A stretch of 64,000 nt of DNA from Vicugna vicugna (lineage: Eukaryota). A program made the translations under genes and the position numbers. The notes beneath the pieces are model-generated. The model saw only the letters and a program-made list of their open reading frames with translations, ran no database searches and was not told the origin of the DNA. Below are positions 1 to 10,365 of the stretch, one piece after another. Location of the stretch: NCBI GenBank assembly GCA_013265495.1, contig MU058337.1, forward strand, positions 4,878,716 to 4,942,715, read 5' to 3'. The stretch's first letter is position 1, and every line of letters begins with the position of its first letter.

Positions 1-279
1 AAGAGAGTGGAAATTATGAACTAGATAGATTTTTTAAAGTTTTTATTTTAACTTACTTTATCTATATTTTTCAATGTTCATGGTGAATAGATTGAATTCA
101 GCTTGATTCCTAGAAAATTTGTGACTCCTTAAGTGGTTTCTAGACGCAATTATTTTTCCCGCGTGTTACATGTGAAATATTCATGGGGAAGACACAAAGC
201 TGAGAAGCATCATAATGCCAGGCTTGGGATTTATCTACCGCCTTTTGTGAAATCAACACAAAAGGCAGTCGTACTTCTG

Positions 280-462
280 CGGGCCTGTTATTTTACACTC
301 ATTATCTCATTTAATTCCCACAACAGTACCATGAGGAGGCTGTATTATCTCCATTATATGGATGGATAGTCAGGCTAAAAGAGAAGCCAAGTAATTTATC
401 TGAGTTCACAGGAATAAGAAGTGGCAATAATAGGTGAATTTAGATGTCTCCAGCTTTAAAGC
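280..462 (-). mobile_element. MIR SINE fragment
   Basis: Reverse MIR core-like text: attatctcatttaattcccacaacagtaccatgaggagg...attatctccatt...aagtaatttatctgagttcacag. Confidence 0.7.
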
Positions 463-1619
463 GTAGATAACCACCTGTGACCGAGCAGTGAATCCAGATT
501 CCCCGCAAATGCCTCCACCTGGGGGCCCCCTGCCATCAAGCTCGCTCCTTACAGAGAACCCAGCTGGAGAGGCCTTCCCACGCGGACCTGGGACAGGTGC
601 ACTATAGAAGAGCTCAGTCTTTATCCAAAACACGTCTTTGTCTTATTTTTCAGGTGGCTGATGTCTGCCCAGAAATGGCGCAGCACAGCTCTGGGTTTGA
701 GTCTTTTGACTCATTTGTCCTGTTAGTGCTGCTGCCTCAGGGCCACCTGCAGACAGCATGAGGGTCAGCTCCTTGGATCATAGAGATAATATATTCCAAC
801 CACAAAGAAATTGAAGGGCAGGGAAACGATAAACCGCCCCCCCCAAAAGTGTGGTTAACTGGTCCTGCTATTTCTACTTTACTGGGTGGAGTCAAGGCTA
901 ATAATCAAAGACATGAAAATATTTTCTTACTCTTTTTTTGGTTTGAATTCCCTACTGATTGTATTATCTCATTCCTCCTAAGAGCCATATTTACTTTTAA
1001 GTATTTAAAATTAGTTTTCAATTAGTATTTGAGAACCGGCCAAAAACGTGAATTACAATGACACAGGATTAAAACTATTTCAATTGTAAAACAATATTCC
1101 CAAGACAGCTCAATATTTAGTGGAATCCTTTACAACTTTGGTATAAAGATGAAGAACTAACCCTTGTGCATAGGTTAATTCTTTTATCAGGAATGCTGAA
1201 TGATGGTGCTGGTTCGCAGGGATTTAGGAATACAAATAATTTGGGTGATAAGCAGCTGCAGAAAAGTTTGTCTACATTCTAACACGTTAGTCCTGAGAGG
1301 CTCTTTATCAACTCTTTTATGTGTAAGTCCAAAGAGACTCTATACAACAACCACGCATATCCACTGCTGGCAGTCCTCACGTGACGTACTTCCACGTGGG
1401 CATCTGGGTTGATTGTATCCATAATTTTTAGGTGGGAAGTTCATGCAGAGAGGAGGTGCTACAGAGCATTATTGCAGCTGAGCAGGTATATCACTGCGTA
1501 GTAATAATGGTTTGTACAGGGAAACAATCTTTCTGATTTTTCCATCAGTCTGCTAAAAGATTGACTTGGGTAAAATAACGTAATAGAGCCTTCTGAAGAT
1601 TTAGCCAAGGTAGGATTAA

Positions 1620-2135
1620 TTGTTTATATAGTTAGTTAGTTCGTTCGCTAATTGAAGTATAGTCAGTTTACAATGTTGTGTTAATTTCTGGTGTACAGAT
1701 TAGTGATTCAGTTATATATATATTCCTTTTCATATTCTTTTTCATTATAGACTGTTATAAGATATTGAATACAGTTTCCTGTGCTATCCAGTAGGATTGT
1801 GTTGTTTTGTCTATTTTATATATAGTAGTTAGTATCTGCAGATCCTGAACTCCCAATTTATCCCTCCATCCCCTCAACCTCCTGGTAACCATAAGTTTGT
1901 TCTCTATGTCTGTGAGCCTGTTTCTGTTTTATAAATAAGTTCATATGTCATTTTTTAAGTTTCCACACATAAGTGATGTCACATGATATTTTTCTCTTTC
2001 TGGCTTACTTCACTTAGAATGATGATCTCCAGTTCCATCCATGCTGCCACAAATGGATTTACTTTATTCTTTTTTATGGCTGAGTAGTATTCGATTGTAT
2101 ATATATACCACATCTTCTTTATCCAGTCATCTGTT
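1620..2135 (-). mobile_element. 5'-truncated L1, cetartiodactyl-type 3' UTR plus end of ORF2
   Basis: aattgaagtatagtcagtttacaatgttgtgttaatttctggtgtacag...cttacttcacttagaatgatgatctccagttccatccatgctgccacaaatgg is a typical antisense L1 3' end. Confidence 0.9.
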
Positions 2136-2720
2136 TAGTTTTTTTAATGTTTTTTTAACTTTTCTTATTGATTTATAATCATTTTACAATGTTGTGTCAA
2201 ATTCCAGTGTAGAGCACAATTTTTCAGTTATACATGAACATATATATATATTCATTGTCACTTTTTTTCTCTGTGAGCTACCATAAGATCTTGTATATAT
2301 TTCCCTGTGCTGTACAGTATAATCTTGTTTATCTATTCTACAATTTTGAAATCCCAGTCTATCTCTTCCCACCCCTCACCCCCTTGGCAAGAGCAAGTTT
2401 GTATTCTTTATCTATGAGTCTATTTCTGTTTTGTATTTATGCTTCATTTGTTTGGGATTTTTTTTAGATTCCACATATGAGCGATCTCATATGGTATGTT
2501 TCTTTCTCTTTCTGACTTACTTCACTTCGAATGACATTCTCCAGGATCACCCATGTTGCTGCAAATGGCATTATGTTGTCAGTTTTTATGACTGAGTAGT
2601 ATTCCATTGTATAAATATACCACATCTTCTTTATCCAGTCATCTGTTGATGGACATTTAGGTTGCTTCCCTGTCTTGGTTATTGTAAATAGTGCTGCTGT
2701 GAACATTGGGGTGCATATAC
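2136..2720 (-). mobile_element. Younger L1 3' end (camelid L1_Vpa-like) with ORF2 C-terminal remnant
   Basis: Poly-T tail at 2139-2163, then ttattgatttataatcattttacaatgttgtgtcaaattccagtgtagagcac; ORF 2464..2832(-) contains CTPMFTAALFTITKTGKQPKCPSTDDWIKKMWYIYTMEYY, the L1 ORF2 C-terminus. Confidence 0.92.
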
Positions 2721-5504
2721 AAGACAGGATATTTAGATCAGATAGTAAGTAAGGTTTTATTTTTCTACTTTTTCTTTCTGTTCTCCAGGACAGAGCAGGC
2801 CAACTATATTCACAGTATATCTCAAGTGGCATGAGTAATAGGGCTTTTTGTCTCTATAACAAAAGCTCTCCTTAGGTTTCTCTGAGATCTAGCATGTTAG
2901 CTCCCAAACATGTTTAAAATGCAAATTTGCACTTTTAGATAATGTATGAGTTGTTGTGATCTACTTTTTAGAGAATATTCAGACAAAAGATGCTGCCTTT
3001 GAATTCATCACTTGCAGGATGGCAGACTGTGTGCACTCTTACTCTAGCATATTGCAGTATTCAAAGCTTCCTTGGAAATTCTCCTTTGTAATTCTATCCA
3101 ACGCTGTAGCACACTTTTAAAGATTTTATAGTGCCAAGCCTAAATATTTTGAGGATTACTTTAATTTTGAAAACAAATACTTTTAGATTAAAACCTGTTG
3201 CGTAAAATGGAAAGACAATTTGAAAACTATGTGCTAATTAGAAATAGATCTTTGATGTGTTCTGGAACTGTGGTAGAGCAAGATTGTATCAGATAAGCAC
3301 TGGAATTAGAAGAGTTAGGGTTAGTTTGTTTCTACCTATTGCTCTGCCGTATTACTGGCAGCACCTCTCAGAAGGGTGCTCTCTGAATGCTAAACCTTAT
3401 GGTTACCCTACTAACTGGTAAAATTAGAGAAATGTGGTGGCTGCCACCCATCTTTCATCCAGTGACTACACTGGACCTCCAGGAGGCTTGCCTGTGCCCG
3501 AAGCCACTCTGTCTCCTTCCCAACCACGTTTTCTTCCCTGAGATTCCCCAAGTAGGAGGCAGAATTGACCGTGGTAGCTAAGTCTGCGAAGCTCAAGGTG
3601 GGTTCCTTCAAAGGCTGGCATTGCTAACTTGGCCTAATGCTTCTCACCAGCCTTCCTCTTGCTGCTGGTACTGATGGAGGGGCTGATTTGTCTATCTCTG
3701 TCCTTCTTGGCCCATTTGGCCAAGAGTAGGAGGACTCTGTTATTCTTTTAAGGAGGTTCCTAATTTTTCATGGGTCCCTAAACACCCTGCCTTGAAGTAA
3801 GCTCAAGAATCAATGGTTTGTATTCTCTTTGCCCGCCCTAGTATAATTTTGAGTTTCTCTTTTTGATTATCACAATGTCCTCTCTTATGGTTTTCATGCT
3901 CTGCTCTTTCTCAAACCTCCATTCCTTGCAGTGCTTGCTTTCCTAGGGTGTTGGCTGGGCCCTGCCTGAATTCTCCATCCCTGTCATGCGTCCTGAATAG
4001 GCTCCTTCCAAAACACATTTTTAACTTTACCCCTTTCCTTCTGAGTCCTACCCTGTGCTGTGAAACTTAGATATAACATTAGAATTTACACATTGATGTG
4101 TTTACCCCTGAGGGCATGCTGGCACTGACTGGGTATTTTTCACACATGATGACTTGATCCATTGCCACAAATGTATTTGGATATTTTGGAGTCCGTAAGA
4201 GATATTTTTGAGAAGACAGTAATTTCTTCTAAGGCTCTGAAATTTCTTGACAAATCAAGTAGGAATCCACCTGTGGAAATTATTCCCGTTATCCACTGCT
4301 TCCCAATAGCAAGTTTATTAAAACCATTTTAATGCTCTAGTTTACATTTTATCATTTTTCCATTTTTAATAGACTCCTTTTATATTCTCATACAAACAGA
4401 TTTTCAAAAGCACTCTTATAACAGAAAACCTTAGAATGTCTTTGAGCTCTGTTTTCTGTCATTTTTGCTCTAATGAGTAATATAAAACTAACCCTTAAAT
4501 CCATGTAAGTCAAAATATATATACTGACCTTTGTTCTCACTATGATTTTTCTTAAGGTAATTTAAATGATTAGAAATAGCTACTTTGTCATTTTTGCAAT
4601 TGTACCTAATTAAATCAGACTTTGTTGCACATTTATCTGTTCACGGAACAACAGGGTGTTTTTTTTCCCCTAGAGAATGCCAGAAGCAATGAGCTGGCAT
4701 TACTTGTAGATAATTAGTCCTTTCATTCTTTATAAATAGTAGCAATAACAGCATGAGTCTTGGCATCTTGTGGTAGTAAAAAGTCCTTTAAAATGGCGAT
4801 GGTTGACTTACTACCAATGGTGGGCGGCTGCTTTCTCTGCAGCCAACAATTAAATGTTGACTGACAGTTTAGATGAGAATCTGGACGTCTCTGCACTTCT
4901 GATGCTTTTCGTGGTTGCACTTTGCCCCTTGCTTGTGGTGAATGGCTCTGCATCGTCATCGGTGTGAGTTTCCGTGTTGTTCTCCTCTCTCTTTCTTTTC
5001 TGGCATCTCCTTTTCATCATTAACCAGTTCTGTGTGGAGCTGTTTTCTTTGTTATTCCATGAGATGTGCTAACTTCGATTGTGACAATAAATATGAAAAG
5101 CCATCCCTTTTGCCTTCAATCTATTTAGTATTTGTCTTTATCTGCTTCATTGTGTTTATCCTCTTTCCGTTTCAGCTTCAGGCCTTCGCCATCCTTCTCC
5201 AACCTTTTAGATGTAAGGTTGGGTAATGGAAACAGACAAACAAGCAACAGGCTTTGGAGCCGTGGAGACCTGGATGCCAGTTATAGTGCCCTGGGGAGAG
5301 TTACTTACACTCTCTGCCTTTTTATTTCTCTTCTGTAAATTAGGGATAAGGATGCCTATTTTGAAAATTTCAAAGAGGAATTTAGTGAGATAGATGAACT
5401 AAAATATCTATTTTACTAAATAAATTCAACATATTTTCATTCCTTTCCCATTTGTGGGAACAAGAAAAGAGTAAAAGTACAGTAATCAGCACTGTAATTT
5501 CTTT

Positions 5505-5730
5505 ACCAAACACATGTGATGCTTAGTAAGTGTTATTAGCACTTTACAAACACGAATTTAATTCTCTTAACTACCCCAAGAAATAGGTCCTGTTATTTTA
5601 CCCATTTTTATGCTTGTGAAAACTGAACCACAGAGCAGTTAAGTGTCTTGTTGAAGGTCATGCAGCTAGCGAATGTCCCAGCAGGACCTGGGCCAGGAGG
5701 TCTGGCTGGGAAGGTGACGGCCCTAACCAT
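5505..5730 (-). mobile_element. MIR SINE
   Basis: tttaattctcttaactaccccaagaaataggtcctgttattttacccatttt...gaaaactgaaccacagagcagttaagtgtcttgttgaaggtcatgcagctag. Confidence 0.8.
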
Positions 5731-7484
5731 GCCACCACCCCTCCTTGCTGGTCATGCCCCTTCTCTAGTCTTTGCTCAAGAAAACAAGGTTTCAGGTGAC
5801 AGGTTTTCTTATATGGGGTTTGCCCTTGGCTGCTACCTTGGCTACTAGCCCTGCCCTTCACCTCTCTGCTCTGTTCTTCTGTTTAGCATCCCAACACACA
5901 TTGGCCATTTCTCCAGGAAAGTCTCCACATCGCTTGGTGGCAGGTGTAGTGTGATATATAGCAAGAGCTGGCCTTTGGAGAGCGAGGGGGATGAATCATC
6001 CTCCCCCGGGGAGGACTCATCCACTAGAGCCACTGTCTTGCTTCCGAAACCACAGTACCCCACAGTGGCCTGACAGAGGTAGCTGATTCAACGTAGACCC
6101 TCTGCAGGTAGATCGGGCCCTCCACTAGAATTATCATTGTTGTCCACAAATACCTAATGAATTCAGATGATGTTACCAGCCGAGTAACTTAAGAGCTACA
6201 TCCCAGTCTGGTTTTGCACTTATCCTATTTTAAGGCTTAGAAAGCCCTTTTGGTACTTAATTTAAAAGCCATCCCTTTATTTATCTATTTTTTGCCACAT
6301 GTGCAAATGACCTTACTTTTTTAAAAGAAAAATATTATTTGCTTTGGCCTTTTAAAGCATTGGGAAAATGTCTGTGATAACAGTATCTTCTGAATGCCGT
6401 TTAGTGACACTTCTGGCTCAGTGGAATTATGGTTAAAATCAGAAACTAGGATGGGCTGTTGGTTCTACTGTGCAGATGAGGCAGAGACAATTAAAGTGCG
6501 ATTATAGTAGGATAGAAATGTCAAGAAAATGCCACATCAAATATCCCCATGCTACACAGATCGTAGGTAAGTGGGAACTTCATTAGCAAGATAAGGATAC
6601 CAAGGGGGTTTTGCTTTGAAAATGCAACTCTGTTAAAGGAGATTTGTCTATGCAGATGGAAGATTTCACTGAACAGAATAATTTAAACCCATCAAAAAGC
6701 ACCCCACTTTGGTTAACATGTTTAAGTCTCCTTTTGCAAGAGGGATGGGTGGAGGGTTAATGATTGAGCCCCAGAAATATGAAGTAATTATAGCAGAAAC
6801 TGGCTTAGCTGATTTCTTTTTCAAATGGAAATTTTAGTTCACTGGCATTTTCTTTTCCTGCTGGGAAAATTATGTTCTAGTTTTTCCCCCACATTGGGAA
6901 CTGGGTTGTTTTACATCAGTGAAGTTTCCAGGTAGCCGATATTTAGCTGATCATATGATTGGATAAGTATATAAGGTAAAGAAAACTCAAATTCGCCTCT
7001 ACAAAATCAGAATTTATTTCCTTACATAAAGTCCAGTCATGACTCAGGAGCCCCAGGATGTACAGGGAATGTGTTTTGTTTAGGTGTGTGTGCATTTGTC
7101 TTTTCTCCAATCTGCCTTCTGTAATGTCAGCTCTGTTCCAAGGCTAGTTCAATATACATTTGCAGGATTACTGTCAAAACACCTGGGGTCAACTATCGTC
7201 TTGTCCAGCTTAAACAGAGAAAGTGTCAAATTAAAAACAAAAAAAAAAGGAAAGGAAAGGTGATGAAAAAAAGAAAGGAAGGATAAAAGAAGAGAAGGGT
7301 GGAAGAAAATTCTGAGACTTTTCCTGATTGGGTTGTCTTAGATACTTGCTTCCCCTGGCCAGGGAACTGGATGGAGTGATTGGTTTCGGTTCAGATAAGA
7401 AGTCCATTTCTGAGCCTTTAGACCAACTTGGGATCATCTTCAGAGGAATTTCTCAGTGAGGGAGAGGTGGGAAAGACGATTGAG

Positions 7485-7775
7485 AAGAAACCATGAACAT
7501 AGTTCACTGAAACTCAAAAATGGCTATGTTTCAAAAAAGCACTGTATATTCATAAGCAGGCAAATCTCACCTATGGTGTTAGAAGCGAGGATAGTGATCA
7601 CTTCTGGGGACAAGGGGGACAGTGACTGGAAATGGAGCCTGACGGATTCTCATGGGGTGTTGTTACTGCTCTGTTCCTTGATCCAGTGGAGATTACATGG
7701 GTCTGTTCACTTTCTATATGTATATTCATGATTTATATACCTCTCTGTACTATGTTTCTATAAATAGATTAAATA
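7485..7775 (+). mobile_element. Old L1 (L1ME/L1MC-like) 3' UTR fragment
   Basis: aagcaggcaaatctcacctatggtgttagaagcgaggatagtgatcacttctgggg...ctctgttccttgatccagtggagattacatgggt. Confidence 0.7.
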
Positions 7776-7852
7776 TAAACCTTAACTGGAAATGGAAAAG
7801 ATTATAAAGTTACTTATGTAAAATACCATACATGAAGTACAAGGATTATACA

Positions 7853-8406
7853 CAAGCTTCCCAAAGTATGACTGAGGCACCCTTGGGTACCATTGCAAAC
7901 TCATAGCGATGACATCTGCTGTTTAAAAATCTGAACAAAACACAACAAAATGCAACATCTATTGAACACTACAAACTACTAGCTTGGGGTAGGTTATAGC
8001 TTCTGTATTAGATCACGCTGTCTTCCTTTCAGTAATGTCCTATCTTTGAAAACCTGGTTTGTTGGCAGTTGCTTGGATTAAAAGCTTGTATTGCATGAAA
8101 AATCAGTGAGAAATAGGAAATGAGGGTGACACTGTGTCCAATCTGATTCTAAGGTTTAAGAGGTAGTGCAGAGCCCGACAGAAGCACTCAACATGTTGGT
8201 CATTGTGGCCACTGAAGAATCAAATTTAAATGTGATTGTATTTTTTGTAGTTGGCTACAAAATTGTTAGGACATCAATGCTTATTAAGTTGTTTGGACTT
8301 AATTACTTAATAAATGTAACTGTAGTGCATCCCTTTGGCCTAGAATATAGTGAAAAAAACTACTGAGACAAGAGTACTGTGAACTGAGAAAACTGGGGAA
8401 TCATTG
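7853..8406 (+). mobile_element. hAT-Charlie non-autonomous DNA transposon with decayed transposase C-terminus
   Basis: TIR-like ends (caagcttcccaaag / aactggggaatcattg); internal gaaatgagggtgacactgtgtccaatctgattctaaggttt resembles the coding sequence of the Charlie transposase C-terminus. Confidence 0.7.
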
Positions 8407-10134
8407 GATTTTGCTGTTTTGGGATTGGCTGTTCGGCCTGTACTGTTTGACTTCTGTATAGTCAGGTCAGCAAATTAACGAGCTATGAAAAATCAGTGAT
8501 GTGTTGTGTAAGTTGCTGCCCCCTAAAGCAGAGCGTATTTAATAGATGAAACATTTCGGTAACAACCCAGGTTCATTGTTCTAAGCACCAAACGTTACTC
8601 TGAACTTTAACAGAGATTTCGGGTGCTTTCCCACAGAACCAGGCTGTACGTGGTAGGCCTTGGGGCTCAAATATGGCTTTGGGGAGCTATTGACATGTGT
8701 ACATTTTAGGCTGATATTAGCAGTTCTCCACTTCACCTAACTGGCCTTTATTTCCGCCTGTCAGAAGAAAAGGATAGAGGGTTGGAAGGGTCATGGGCTT
8801 TTGATGGGCCTGTGCTAGGATTCTGGGTCTGACACTAGCCTTTTGATTTTAGTGAGTTACCTTCCTGAAGCGCAGCGTCCTTGCTGTAAAAGAAAGCCAA
8901 GAAGGCCTGTGTTTCACAGTGAAAGACTTTGCATGAAACCTGGCACATGGTGGGTGTTTAAGATGCTGTCAGTGTAAAATACTGATAATACAGCTATGAT
9001 GTGTCTGCCCTGTGCTCAATCCTGTGGAGGCTAAGACCATGATTAAGACCTGACTCTGTCCTTCAGATGCCAAAACAGGTAATAAAGGTGGCGAGGGTGT
9101 GTTTCAATAATTAAGGCAGGAAGTGGAAGGTGGTGGAATGGAGGCTCTAAGTACAGTCAGGACAGAGAGGAAGAGAGGATGACTTCAGAATGGAGAACAC
9201 TCGTTGGAGGAGAAGAAAGATACCCCTGGTGGGGTTTGAGGCATGAGTGGATTCCACCAAGTGAAGGTGGAATTGATCCACCCACGTGGAGGGAAGCAGG
9301 GAACTCGGGTAGGGGCTGAAGGAGAGCTGGGGTGAACAGCGGGCTGGACCCCCTGGGCTGGAGCAGCGGGTGTGGAGAGCTGGAGGAGGGCAGAGGAGAG
9401 TAACTTGAAATGAGGCTGAGGACACAGTTGGCCCAAGATGGGGTGGACACTAACCATTGCCTCCTGGAGGCTGGCTTTAGTTCTGTAGCTGGGGATTCCA
9501 AGCAGAGCCGGGGAGGGCACCCTGGCTCTCTCAGGCTCCCACTCTTGTCTCTGACCTTCTCTTTTTCTGTGTTCTGGCCTTTGTCCTCACACCTCTTTCA
9601 CGTGTCTCTGCTCTTACCTCAGGAAATGTGGCCTTTGCGTCCTTCAGCACTCAGTGAGAAACCTCTTATTCCTCATCTGGGCAGACATTCATTCAACAGG
9701 AATATGTTGACTATCTTACAGTCCGTTTTGGGGTTTTTGGGTTGAGAAGTATCAAAAACAAATTGTTCTGTGGTGTTATTTGCTGCACATCTTCATTTGT
9801 TTTCTTTTCATTGCCCAGGGACTGTTCTTTAACCTGTTAGGTAGGAAGACTTTATCGTCAGGGCTGCCAGGATGGCTGCTCCGGGTCTGGAATACATTAC
9901 TCCAAGGGGGATTATTCTTATCAAATAATCTTATGGGAGTAACGCCCCCTGGAGTTGTTCAGTGTTGCAGCTCTGTTTCAGATAGCGGAGGTATATTGTT
10001 TCAGGGTGACTGATATTTTAAAGTATTGTTACGCAGCACTGCAGTGTCGTATGTGGACTTCCCAGTCAATAAAGCTATTATATATTATAGAGCTTTAAAT
10101 GCTTGGAGTATCTGATTGCAGTCTCATGGGAGAG

Positions 10135-10365
10135 GCATGCTGCGTAGTACATTTTACAGTCAGACATTCTTGGGGAGTTCTGGCTCTGCCATTTATTAGC
10201 TGTGTGATCTTGAACAAGTTACTCAACCCTGCTAAGCCTCAGCATCCTTATCTGTAAAACAGAGAAAAGAACACGGAACTCTGAAAGTCCCTGTGAAGAT
10301 ATATATGAACTATATATAAGTCCTGAAAGAGCCACCTAGAAAATGAATCGTCAAGTGGTAACTGT
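10135..10365 (+). mobile_element. MIR SINE
   Basis: tggctctgccatttattagctgtgtgatcttgaacaagttactcaaccctgctaagcctcagcatccttatctgtaaaac. Confidence 0.85.

Noticed and set aside
2464..2832. 122-aa ORF as a host gene
   Set aside because: It is an L1 ORF2 C-terminal remnant fused to flanking sequence.
3445..3540. Possible orthologue of a human FGF14-intronic miRNA (acctccaggag resembles my recollection of miR-2681-5p)
   Set aside because: Only a short match from memory, with no matching 3p arm or evident hairpin; needs BLAST against miRBase.
4942..5226. 94-aa ORF MALHRHRCEFPCC... as a standalone gene
   Set aside because: No recognisable homology and it runs through T-rich intron-like sequence; only the first 22 nt are of interest as a spliced exon.
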